DNA of 64,000 nucleotides, from IMG/VR virus record IMGVR_UViG_3300025314_000006, one strand, 5' to 3'. Both the position numbers and the translations under genes were made by a program. The DNA comes from a virus (Duplodnaviria > Caudoviricetes). Shown here piece by piece: positions 55,084 through 64,000 of this stretch (positions within the stretch are counted from its first letter, which is position 1; each line of letters opens with the position of its first letter). Under the pieces are notes generated by a model. It was not told the DNA's origin. It ran no database searches and saw nothing but the letters and a program-made list of their open reading frames with translations.

Positions 55084-56661
55084 ATGAGTGAATTATTAAA
55101 TTCAGGACAAGTTGGTCTAACAACTCTTAGAAATTTGTCCGAACAAAGAAAAACAATCATCAAGAACTGGGAAAACTCAGGTTTACTTGAAGGATTAAAT
55201 GCTGGCAAGAAACAAAGTATTGCACAGTTACTTGAGAACCAAGCTTCTCACATGTTGAATGAGGTTACACTTGATTCATCTGCTGGTCGTTTTGACACAG
55301 TTGCTTTCCCAATGGTACGTAGAATTTTTTCTCGTCTATTAGCTAACGAAATCGTTTCTGTACAGCCTTTGGCTTTACCTTCTGGTTTGTTATTCTATAT
55401 GGATGCAAGAGTTTCCACTACTAAAGTAGCACCTCAAAACACTGCTAACGGTCAAGCTGGATCAACATTTGGCAACGATTCTGCATATGAAAGATTTTAT
55501 GATAACAGAGGTTATGATGCATCTTTTGGAACTGCAACTACTGCTTACGGAACTGTTATGACTGTAGGTTCTGGTAGTACAACTACAGGTTTAATTGAAA
55601 CAGGTGTTACCCTTGGTACATCATTTGATGTAAATAAAGCACAATCATCTTCTTCTTTAATTATGTCTGCTGTAACAGCTGTTGTTTATAATGGTTCAAC
55701 CGTTGTAGCTGCAGGTAGTAGTATTAGATATTATTCTTCCCTTCAAAGATGGGGTCAAAATCAATTTGAATTAAATGGTGCTGGAGCAACTCCTGCTGCT
55801 GGAATAGTTCTTGACGTTCGTCCTGCAGGTGTTTATGGTGCAAGTTTTAACACTGCATTATTGCAAGACTTTAGTTTTATTCCAAGTTTTGAAGTTTATA
55901 ATGACCTTGAGGCTAAGTCAGAAATGACTGAACTTACAATTCGTTTTTCTTCTGTAACAGTTAATACTTCTACAAGAAAAATGAGAGCACACTGGACACC
56001 AGAGTTAGCTCAAGATTTAGAAGCTTACCACTCTATCGATGCTGAAGCTGAGTTAACAGCTCTTCTTTCAGAAGAAATTGCAGCGGAAATTGACCGTGAA
56101 ATCATCAGAGACCTTGTACAAGGTGCTTTATTTGAAGCTCGTTGGGATTATGCAGGTTTGAAAAATAATGCAAATTTCTTCGGTACTCAAAAAGACTGGA
56201 ACCAAACTCTTATCACTAGAATTAATGAGCTTTCTGCTCAAATTCACAAAGCTACATTACGTGGTGGTGCTAATTGGATAATCTGCTCTGCAGAAGCTGG
56301 TGCAATTTTTGATGACTTGGAATATTTCCACGTAGATTCTTCTGCTTCTCCAGAAACAGAAAAATACAACTTAGGTGTTGAAAAAATTGGTAGCCTTGGA
56401 AACAGATATGTAGTTTACAAAGACCCATACATGCCTGCACAAATCGTTCTTTTAGGACACAAAGGTAATACTTTCCTTGAAGCTGGTTACGTGTACGCAC
56501 CGTATATTCCTCTTCAGTTGACTGCTACTATCTATGATCCGAACGACTTTACTCCAAGAAAAGGAATCATGACACGTTACGCGAAGAAAATGATTAACAA
56601 CCGTTTCTATGGTGTTATCATCTTAGATAACTTGAATACTTACGCACAAGTTTACTCATAA
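55084..56661 (+). CDS. Major capsid protein (T4 gp23-like)
   Basis: 'VQPLALPSGLLFY', 'RKMRAHWTPELAQDLEAYH.IDAEAEL', 'YAPYIPL', 'PRKGIMTRY'. Confidence 0.95.
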   Translation: MSELLNSGQVGLTTLRNLSEQRKTIIKNWENSGLLEGLNAGKKQSIAQLLENQASHMLNEVTLDSSAGRFDTVAFPMVRRIFSRLLANEIVSVQPLALPSGLLFYMDARVSTTKVAPQNTANGQAGSTFGNDSAYERFYDNRGYDASFGTATTAYGTVMTVGSGSTTTGLIETGVTLGTSFDVNKAQSSSSLIMSAVTAVVYNGSTVVAAGSSIRYYSSLQRWGQNQFELNGAGATPAAGIVLDVRPAGVYGASFNTALLQDFSFIPSFEVYNDLEAKSEMTELTIRFSSVTVNTSTRKMRAHWTPELAQDLEAYHSIDAEAELTALLSEEIAAEIDREIIRDLVQGALFEARWDYAGLKNNANFFGTQKDWNQTLITRINELSAQIHKATLRGGANWIICSAEAGAIFDDLEYFHVDSSASPETEKYNLGVEKIGSLGNRYVVYKDPYMPAQIVLLGHKGNTFLEAGYVYAPYIPLQLTATIYDPNDFTPRKGIMTRYAKKMINNRFYGVIILDNLNTYAQVYS

Positions 56662-56691
56662 AACTGAGTAATACCTGAATAAGGATAGAAT

Positions 56692-56725
56692 AAAAAATCC
56701 AGCCACTAAGTGAGCTGGATTTTTT
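56692..56725 (+). terminator. Terminator after the major capsid gene
   Basis: AAAAAATCCAGC-N10-GCTGGATTTTTT. Confidence 0.8.
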
Positions 56726-56785
56726 ATTTAATATTATTTAACTCCAAAGTTTGGAATTTTGAAAATTTGTTATATATTTACAAGT

Positions 56786-58264
56786 ATGAAAAAAATACGA
56801 TGTAAAACAACCGGTAAAGAATTTGGAGACTTAGAAAATAAAAGCGGATGTATAGCAGAACATCTTAATAGCTTAAATATAAATGTTCCAACCTCATTTT
56901 TAAGAAGACAGTTTCTAAAAAAAAATGGTCAAATGTGGCATATGCAATTTTTTGACGTTTTTGAAACAGTAGACAAAGAAATTAAAAAATGTAAATATTG
57001 TGATTGGACAACTGTTGATTTAGATAATAAAAGCGGTCAATACACGTTGCATTTAAAAGATAAACACAACAAAGATATTATACAGTATGTTGAAGAATAT
57101 CCAGAAGAAAAAAATCTATTTAATACATTTTTTAATAAAAAAGAGCTAAAAGATTTTATAAATTCCTCAGAAGATAACTATATTATTTGTAAAGTGTGTA
57201 ATGAGAAATTAAAAAAAATTACCAATAGTCACTTAAAAACTCATAATCTTTCATTATTTGAATATAAACTCAATTTTTCGACTGAAACATTAAGTGAATT
57301 TGCTAGACAAAATTGTATAAAACAATATGAAGAAAATTTAAAATTTATTAAAAGTAATTTTACATCATCTGGACATAAAGAAATTAATGATTTTTTATTT
57401 GAATTAGGATTAAATTATGAAGTGAATAATAAAAGTTTATTAAAAGGAATTGAATTAGATATTTTAATTCCTGACAAAAAAATAGCCATCGAATATAATG
57501 GTTTACTATATCATTCAGAGATATATGGTAAAAAATCTCGTAGCTATCATTTAAATAAAACTAAACAAACTAATGAAAATGGTTATTTATTAATACATAT
57601 TTTTGAAGATGATTGGATTCAAAAAAAAGATATAGTAAAATCCAAACTTAGACACTTACTTGGTTTAAATAAAAACATCATCATTCACGCAAGAAAATGT
57701 ATTATTAAAGAAATAAACCCTACTTTAAAAAATGAATTTTTAAACAAAAATCACATTCAAGGAGAAGATATGTCAAACATTCATTTAGGAGCTTATAATA
57801 ACGATGATTTAGTTGCTGTTATGACTTTTGATTCAAATAGACACATGTCTATAAAAAATATAGTTGAAGGAGAGTGTGAATTAAAAAGATTTGCGACAAA
57901 AATAGATTGCAGAATTCCAGGTATTGCTAGTAAGTTACTGAAATATTTTATTAAAAATAATAATCCTAAAAAAATAATAAGCTTTGCAGATAAAACCACA
58001 ACAATAAACGATGAAAATTTATATACTAAACTTGGATTTATTTGTAAGGAAATAATCGGGCCGGATTATAAATATTTCAATCCAAAAGTATCGAGGAATA
58101 GAAGACTACACAAATTCGGTTTCGGAAAAAACTCTATAAAGAAAAAATTTCCAGAAGTTTATAATCCGGATAAAACCGAATGGGAAATGATGCAAGAACT
58201 TGGTTATGATAGAATCTGGGACTGTGGCAAATTTCGGTATGAAATGGAAATAAAAAATGATTAA
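56786..58264 (+). CDS. Hef-like homing endonuclease (Zn fingers, DUF559-like nuclease, C-terminal GNAT-like region)
   Basis: 'ELDILIP..KIAIEYNGLLYH', 'LIHIFEDDW', 'ARKC', 'ELKRFAT', 'RIWDCG'. Confidence 0.75.
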   Translation: MKKIRCKTTGKEFGDLENKSGCIAEHLNSLNINVPTSFLRRQFLKKNGQMWHMQFFDVFETVDKEIKKCKYCDWTTVDLDNKSGQYTLHLKDKHNKDIIQYVEEYPEEKNLFNTFFNKKELKDFINSSEDNYIICKVCNEKLKKITNSHLKTHNLSLFEYKLNFSTETLSEFARQNCIKQYEENLKFIKSNFTSSGHKEINDFLFELGLNYEVNNKSLLKGIELDILIPDKKIAIEYNGLLYHSEIYGKKSRSYHLNKTKQTNENGYLLIHIFEDDWIQKKDIVKSKLRHLLGLNKNIIIHARKCIIKEINPTLKNEFLNKNHIQGEDMSNIHLGAYNNDDLVAVMTFDSNRHMSIKNIVEGECELKRFATKIDCRIPGIASKLLKYFIKNNNPKKIISFADKTTTINDENLYTKLGFICKEIIGPDYKYFNPKVSRNRRLHKFGFGKNSIKKKFPEVYNPDKTEWEMMQELGYDRIWDCGKFRYEMEIKND

Positions 58265-58301
58265 ATTGATTTTTTAACATATTTATAGTTAAAGATAAAA
58301 T

Positions 58302-58490
58302 ATGGAAACAATTTCAAAAGTAGTAACATCATCTTGCGTGATAAATGGCACAATTCAAGGTTCGCAAATAAATATTACATATAGTCAAACTGGAACAGAT
58401 AAACCATCACAGATTAATGCAAATTGTACAATTCCTTCTATTATAGAAAGTGGAGCCACACAAACTCAAAATATTGATAATAATTTATGA
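58302..58490 (+). CDS. Small hypothetical protein
   Basis: 62-aa ORF; followed by an overlapping ~59-aa ORF (MRPGLAGG...) in another frame. Confidence 0.4.
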   Translation: METISKVVTSSCVINGTIQGSQINITYSQTGTDKPSQINANCTIPSIIESGATQTQNIDNNL

Positions 58491-58662
58491 GACCAGGGCT
58501 TGCTGGAGGAATGATTAATAATGGTACAAACATAAATATGATAATGTACAGCAATGGACAAAAATCAACTTCAATATCAGGAAAATTAACGATGGATGAA
58601 GTGGCATTTATTTTGTCCGAAATTGAGGTGGAGCTTAACGCAATTTTTAATCAATTTACAGT

Positions 58663-59133
58663 TTAATTTAAACCATTTAAACTCTGAAGAACAATTTTTA
58701 CTGTATCGTTTTCTATAACAACCGGTATTCTAATCATGTTTTTTGTAGCATAAATAATTGCTTCATAATTTAAAACAACAGTATCGGTACCAGTTTTAGA
58801 TTTTAATTTTATAGTATAAGCAAATTCCATAGTTTCGTACATTTTACGAATATTTACTGTTCCATATTTTTTAATAGAACCGGAACTTGTGAATTTTAGC
58901 ATATCATCAAATTTTCCAATTTTATACAAGGCTTGGAAATAATTTCCAAATGAAGAGCCGTAAACCAATACTGGATTTGAGTATTGTTTGATTTCTAAAT
59001 CTGTATTAGTTACCGGTCCGTTCTTAACCACTGTCTTAATAATAGAAGTTTCAATATGGTTTTCTTTATTTTTGCAAGAGCTTAAAGCTATTGCTAAAAC
59101 AGATGTAATTAAAATAAATGATTTAGTTTTCAT
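58663..59133 (-). CDS. Predicted lipoprotein
   Basis: Signal peptide with lipobox 'VLAIALSSC'; preceded by an ECF-type promoter. Confidence 0.7.
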   Translation of the reverse strand: MKTKSFILITSVLAIALSSCKNKENHIETSIIKTVVKNGPVTNTDLEIKQYSNPVLVYGSSFGNYFQALYKIGKFDDMLKFTSSGSIKKYGTVNIRKMYETMEFAYTIKLKSKTGTDTVVLNYEAIIYATKNMIRIPVVIENDTVKIVLQSLNGLN

Positions 59134-59151
59134 ATTGTTTGTTTTATTAAA

Positions 59152-59179
59152 TTAAACGGTAAATGAGTTAGATTGTTGC
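59152..59179 (-). promoter_or_regulatory. ECF-type promoter
   Basis: Minus strand GCAACA-N15-CGTTTAA. Confidence 0.7.
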
Positions 59180-59220
59180 AATATTTTTGCTATTTACTAT
59201 AACAATCTAAAAACAACAAA

Positions 59221-59514
59221 ATGGGAACTAAAATGACAATTAGCAATTTAAAGAAACTTGTAAGAGAAGAAGTTGACAGACAAATGACCGCAGAAAATAA
59301 TCTTAATGAAGCAAAGAAAAAACCTTCTGCAGTACTTACTAAGAAAGAAAAATCAACTGTAGTTAAAAAAGCTAAAGCCGGTGAAGATGTTTGTAAAAAA
59401 GGAAAAGAATTTAAAGAGATTGAAAAGAAAGCTAAAGAATCAGGTGCTAAAGATCCAAAAGCAGTTGCCGGTGCAGCTATGTGGAAAAATATATCAAAGA
59501 AAAAAGGTAAATAA
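59221..59514 (+). CDS. Small basic protein, possibly virion-associated
   Basis: Lys-rich 97 aa, preceded by CTATTTA (59190). Confidence 0.65.
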   Translation: MGTKMTISNLKKLVREEVDRQMTAENNLNEAKKKPSAVLTKKEKSTVVKKAKAGEDVCKKGKEFKEIEKKAKESGAKDPKAVAGAAMWKNISKKKGK

Positions 59515-59521
59515 CAAACTG

Positions 59522-59920
59522 TTATTTTAACAATTCAGCTATATCTGAATGAATTTTTTCATTCACCATTGACTTCCATTCATCTGAGCCACTTTTAATG
59601 AAGTTTCTTATCTGAGTGGCGCTGATATTAGCAATAGTTTCAGGTGGCGTGTACATATTTGTTTCATATCCAACTGTTCTGCCCCAATTTACAGATTCTA
59701 TATCTGGAATTATAATAACGGCAACATTTTGACCTTCATAAATTTTTTCCCATAAAAATTTAACCTGCTCCGCAGATAATGGGTTTTTTTCATCCGGAAC
59801 AATATCTCTTATTGCTATTAACACCGGAATTCCTTTATTTAATTTTTGCTCGAACAGCCATTGGTGAGCGAGGGAGCAAGGCTGAAAACGTCCAATAAAT
59901 AGAGCATTAGGTTTTTTCAT
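59522..59920 (-). CDS. Cytidylyltransferase-like (HIGH-fold) nucleotidyltransferase
   Basis: 'LFIGRFQP', 'IAIRD', 'NWGRTVGY', 'ISATQIR'. Confidence 0.7.
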   Translation of the reverse strand: MKKPNALFIGRFQPCSLAHQWLFEQKLNKGIPVLIAIRDIVPDEKNPLSAEQVKFLWEKIYEGQNVAVIIIPDIESVNWGRTVGYETNMYTPPETIANISATQIRNFIKSGSDEWKSMVNEKIHSDIAELLK

Positions 59921-60768
59921 AGTATGTAATTTTCAAGTATTTTTTTCACATTTTTAAATCTATTATCCATTACTAAAATATAATCATATTCTTTTTCTGC
60001 GGCTTCTTTTTTTAATAAATTTATTTCTAAATTATTTTCCCAAATATATGTAGATTTTATCTCAAAAACAATATTACTATTTTTTATTGTAAAATCAGAA
60101 AAATAAGAATGTGTTTTTCCATTTGCATCATTATAGTTTATTATTGGACCACGTTCTATTAAATTTAATAAATTAAAACTTTCAACATATAACAAAAATT
60201 TCAATTCATAAGAACTTTGATAATCAATTTCTTTATATTGTTTTGTAAATATTTTACCCCATCTTTTTCCTGGTTTTTGCCTTCCTTCTTTATAAGATAA
60301 TAATGTTGCTTTGCTTAACTTATCTTTTGTTTCTTGTGTTCTTTTTTTGCCAGTATTAAGTATTGCTATTTTAGCCCAGCCATTTGCTTTTTTTATTTTT
60401 TCTTTCGATGTTTCCCATGTAAATGGATTTCCTTTTTCCTCAAGAAGTTTTTTTGCTGCTAATTTAAAATTTTCATTAGGAGGAACTCCATACATACCAT
60501 TTCTTTTACCTTTATTAAAACATTTATTACAATAGTGAATGGTTTTTTTTGAATCTAAATCACGTATTCTTCTATTATGAACCGCATCGCAATCATCACA
60601 TTTTAATGTTAATTTTAAAGTTCTAAATCTTGTTGTTTTTAGTAATGCCCAATGAACTTTAATTGGTGTATTTAATTCTGGACAATAACCTAATTTTTTA
60701 GTCCAATCACTAAGTCGGCAACTATTAGGTAGTTCTATTTCTAATTCTTCAAATTCTTTAATATACAT
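59917..60768 (-). CDS. Homing endonuclease (NUMOD3 and TnsA-like PD-(D/E)xK)
   Basis: CDDC/CNKC, 'GKRNGMYG', 'GKKRTQETK', 'YQSSYE', 'YFSDF...FEIKSTY'. Confidence 0.75.
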   Translation of the reverse strand: MYIKEFEELEIELPNSCRLSDWTKKLGYCPELNTPIKVHWALLKTTRFRTLKLTLKCDDCDAVHNRRIRDLDSKKTIHYCNKCFNKGKRNGMYGVPPNENFKLAAKKLLEEKGNPFTWETSKEKIKKANGWAKIAILNTGKKRTQETKDKLSKATLLSYKEGRQKPGKRWGKIFTKQYKEIDYQSSYELKFLLYVESFNLLNLIERGPIINYNDANGKTHSYFSDFTIKNSNIVFEIKSTYIWENNLEINLLKKEAAEKEYDYILVMDNRFKNVKKILENYIL

Positions 60769-60826
60769 ATCTCTTTATACATAAATATAAAGAAAAAAGT
60801 AAAAATAAGATTATTGCCACATCATT

Positions 60827-61054
60827 TTAGACATGTCCATTTAATTGATTAAATATTTTTAATAATTTCATTTTTCTTCCGGTAAGATTTCTGACTTTTT
60901 CAACAAGAACATATCTAACAGGAAATTCCGCATCTTGTTCTTCTAATTTTCGTAATGCATCTGAAATTAAATTTGTATGCATTATTCCATTTTTAAATAT
61001 TTCAGGAAATTCTTCTCTAAGTTGATTAAAAATCTCTTCTCTATTTTTTCTCAT
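60827..61054 (-). CDS. Hypothetical protein
   Basis: Co-oriented, translationally coupled ORF. Confidence 0.5.
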   Translation of the reverse strand: MRKNREEIFNQLREEFPEIFKNGIMHTNLISDALRKLEEQDAEFPVRYVLVEKVRNLTGRKMKLLKIFNQLNGHV

Positions 61055-61251
61055 TATTTAAAAAATTTTATTATAGAGAACTTCAATTTAACAAAAAATA
61101 ATGACAAGCGAGAAATAGATAACATAAAAGATTCCCATGTTATAAATAAATCAGCTAAATCAAAATGAGAATGTGCATCCGGACAAAATCCTAATATATG
61201 ATAAATTATTTCCATAGTTAAATTATGTGACCCCAGTTGAATTCGAATCAA
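61054..61251 (-). CDS. Small hypothetical protein
   Basis: 'HILGFCPDAHSHFDL'; the stop overlaps the next start. Confidence 0.5.
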   Translation of the reverse strand: MIRIQLGSHNLTMEIIYHILGFCPDAHSHFDLADLFITWESFMLSISRLSLFFVKLKFSIIKFFK

Positions 61252-61302
61252 CTTGTGTTCTATCCAGCTGAGCTATGGAGTCATTAATTGCAAAATTACA
61301 AT

Positions 61303-61896
61303 TTAAAATTCACACTCTTCAACTTTTTTAATTCTTTTTTCTGGATATTTTTCAAACAATACTTTATATTTTGAAACTTTATTTTTTCCTTCAAATTCAA
61401 GACTTATTTGAATCATTTCGGAAAGAGTAACAGCTTGAGTTCCTCCTTTAAAAATTAAATTCAATTTATTAACTGACATTTTTAAATTTCTTGCCAATTC
61501 TCTTTTTGTAAGCTTTTCATTTTTAATGTGTTCAAGAAGGCACCTTCCAATAAACCAGCAAATTGAATTCCGGCCTTTTTTAGGCGCTTTTAAAAAAACC
61601 ATTTGGCCTTCTTTCCCTATTGTTACTCTTGTATTTATCAAATGAAAAAAACTTCCTACCTCACTTGCAATAAGACATCCACTTTTTTTATAAAAACTAA
61701 AACTTTTAAATGGTAATTTTTTCCCATCTTTTTCAAATTCTTCAATAGGAACAATTAAAATATTTAATCCAACTTCTGATTTTCCTGCCTCTATTTCTGT
61801 ACAAACAAAACAAACAACGTAGTTTAAAGGAGATAATCCTTTCTCTTTCATTAATTCTTTTGTTCTTTTAAAAAAAATATTAGTGGCGTTTATCAT
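61303..61896 (-). CDS. Hypothetical protein with a possible C-terminal HTH
   Basis: 'LTKRELARNLKMSVNKLNLIFKG' resembles an XRE HTH. Confidence 0.55.
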   Translation of the reverse strand: MINATNIFFKRTKELMKEKGLSPLNYVVCFVCTEIEAGKSEVGLNILIVPIEEFEKDGKKLPFKSFSFYKKSGCLIASEVGSFFHLINTRVTIGKEGQMVFLKAPKKGRNSICWFIGRCLLEHIKNEKLTKRELARNLKMSVNKLNLIFKGGTQAVTLSEMIQISLEFEGKNKVSKYKVLFEKYPEKRIKKVEECEF

Positions 61897-62422
61897 TTTT
61901 TGTTTTTGCTTTATTTTGTCTTATCTTTTTTTGCATAGGAGCATTTGTTTGTCCTATATGTTCGCGAAGATAAAGTTCTTTTTTAAAAACTAATTCTTCA
62001 TCTGTATTACGTAAGTATCTTTTTCTTTTCCTGAATTCCGTTAACAATCTTACAGTATCCATTTTCTTTAATCTTTCTGGAACTTCAAGGTTCTCCCAAG
62101 CAATAAAATCTTCTATTCTTTTATCTTCAAAAACTTCTCCCCACTTTTTTTCAAATTTAACTTTATTTTTTCCGCAAACAACGCCTATTTTAGGAAAACC
62201 ATTTTCTGTTTTTATATATTCAATTTCTCCTTTTCTAAAAGTGTTATCAGGTTTTTTAACTCTAACAATCATTCCAACATAAAGAATGTTCTCTCCCCAA
62301 CCATATCTTGAAAGCCCTCCTTTTTCATCAAGATAGAATTCTTCATCCTTATACTTTTTTTTAAGTATTTCAAGCTCTCTTTCTTTTCTTAGTCTGTCTA
62401 ATTTTTCTTCTGATGTTTCCAT
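61880..62422 (-). CDS. Hypothetical protein
   Basis: 180-aa ORF directly after an ECF-type promoter. Confidence 0.65.
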   Translation of the reverse strand: METSEEKLDRLRKERELEILKKKYKDEEFYLDEKGGLSRYGWGENILYVGMIVRVKKPDNTFRKGEIEYIKTENGFPKIGVVCGKNKVKFEKKWGEVFEDKRIEDFIAWENLEVPERLKKMDTVRLLTEFRKRKRYLRNTDEELVFKKELYLREHIGQTNAPMQKKIRQNKAKTKNDKRH

Positions 62423-62428
62423 GGTGTT

Positions 62429-62456
62429 TTAAACGAAATAAACTGAAAGTTGTTGC
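62429..62456 (-). promoter_or_regulatory. ECF-type promoter
   Basis: Minus strand GCAACA-N15-CGTTTAA. Confidence 0.7.
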
Positions 62457-62461
62457 TTAAT

Positions 62462-63373
62462 TTATAAATTTGTTGAAATTTTATTCCATTTTCTTTCTAA
62501 ACAAGGTAGGTTAAATTTTGAGATAATGTCTTTTAATAATAATATTTTATTTCTTCTATATAAATTAATAGTTATTATATTTGTTTTTTTTACACCTTTT
62601 ATAAAAAAATCATTATATAATTTTGTTTTTTTTAGAATTTTAATGTAAAATTTTTTCCAATTTTTGTGAGAAACTATAGAAATTCTATTAGAATTTTTTG
62701 AACCATTTTTAGATATACATCCATCTCCATCTATTATTCCTATTATTAAACATAATAATAATTCAGTATTATATTTAGAAATGCGTTTGAAATTTATAGG
62801 ATTATAAGTTTTTCTATCTTTTAAATTATATTTTCCTTGTATTTCAGGAATTGATATTCTGTTTGAAAATGATATTCTATATGATTGTGATTTATTTCTA
62901 AATTTTATTTCTTTATTAAAATTAATAAATTTAGCAAATTTTTGCAAGTGATTTAAATCTTTTTTCGCTAAACATAATTCGAATTTATTTTTATTTAATG
63001 AACCATCAGCTATTATAAATCCAAGCCAATAAAAACTTAAAAATGTTTCTTCTAATAATTTAGATAGATTATTTTCACTGTTATTATATATATCATTTAA
63101 CTTGTGTTCTTTTTTAAATTTACCGCCATTAATCGAACATTTTTTACATAAACTTTTATTATTAATAGCTACTCTTTTATCAGAAAATCGTGAATAAACT
63201 ATAATATTATCACAATTAGGACAATTTCTATTTAAATTTTTAAATAAATCAATATCATGTTTTCTTTTTGAACATGTTCTACAAGCTCTATTTGCCTTAA
63301 AAATTTAGTTGCAATTTTTTTCAGATGAATGAATTAATTCTTTATGACATTGTGGACAATTTCTTTTATACAT
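62462..63373 (-). pseudogene. Double-motif LAGLIDADG homing endonuclease with an in-frame ochre at codon 23
   Basis: Manual translation from ATG 63373: MYKRNCPQC...CN*(63305-63307)IFKANRACRTC...RNCPNC...YWLGFIIADGS...IIGIIDGDGCI; single frame throughout. Confidence 0.7.
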
Positions 63374-63443
63374 AATTTAATTTATAATAAATATGTATAA
63401 ATTTCCAAAAGCTGGTAAACCGTTATTTAATGTTTTGTTTTTA

Positions 63444-63797
63444 TTAAATCAGACATTTTATTTTTTCAATTAGCACTATTCTTGTTTCACCTAAAAAACT
63501 TACGAACTCCCAGTGTGTATCATGTTTACTGCGTTTCCAAGCTGTTTTTCTGTGTTTAAGCCCACTCGTTAAAACATCACTATAAATTCCTTCTCCTTCA
63601 AGAAGATTTAAAAGTTGATAAGTTTTCATGCACGCATGAAATCCTTCTAAGATACAAAACCTTTCAATTTCAGTATGGTAACTTTCAATAGATTCTAAGT
63701 CTTCCTGAAACCAAATTTCAGCATGTTTGCCAGCTATTCTTATTTTGTGAATGGTTTTTATTACGTGTTCAGACATTATTTGCTTTTTCAATATCAT
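63444..63797 (-). CDS. Hypothetical protein
   Basis: 117-aa ORF. Confidence 0.55.
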   Translation of the reverse strand: MILKKQIMSEHVIKTIHKIRIAGKHAEIWFQEDLESIESYHTEIERFCILEGFHACMKTYQLLNLLEGEGIYSDVLTSGLKHRKTAWKRSKHDTHWEFVSFLGETRIVLIEKIKCLI

Positions 63798-64000
63798 ATT
63801 TTAAAAAATTTTCAAAAAAATCTTCAATACCACAACAACTATAATATTTATTTTGTAATCCCTTTTTATTAACTCCCCATCTTCCAGTAGTATAAAAATA
63901 TTGATACTTTTTATTTCCTATATAAATAAAAATCATATGAGCACTTTCTACAACGAGAAATTTTATATTTTTATCATTTAAAAATTTTTTAACATTTTCA

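Noticed and set aside
1-64000. Stop-codon reassignment
   Set aside because: Conserved genes are intact under the standard code and TAA, TAG and TGA all end genes; the single internal TAA at 63305 looks like a lesion
1-64000. tRNA or rRNA genes
   Set aside because: No cloverleaf or T-loop (GTTCRA) context was recognised in the intergenic gaps; tRNAscan would be needed to exclude them

Overview
A 64 kb segment of a large, very AT-rich myovirus-like (T4-type head and contractile tail) bacteriophage. The host is probably Bacteroidota, inferred from TTG-N20-TAnnTTTG promoters. The window holds replication genes (class II RNR, DnaB, DnaE, family A polymerase, 5'-3' exonuclease, RecA-like), tail and baseplate genes (tape measure, baseplate hub with M15 peptidase, gp26-like pair, tail tube-like), head genes (gp21, gp22, gp23), a holin, and about 8 free-standing endonuclease genes. 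DnaB and DnaE are both 'fractured genes': naturally split inteins with an endonuclease ORF between the halves. The most unusual element occurs three times (14803, 38516, 42001). Each copy is a stand-alone unit of an ECF-type promoter, a paralogous ~145-aa ORF and a CRISPR-like mini-array (35-36-nt repeats, 30-33-nt spacers). The first repeat is the in-frame 3' end of the ORF, and the last repeat is followed by TTAA, which supplies the in-frame Thr-stop in arrays A and B. No cas gene or reverse transcriptase was recognised in the window. All calls come from reading the sequence and recalling motifs; no database searches were run.
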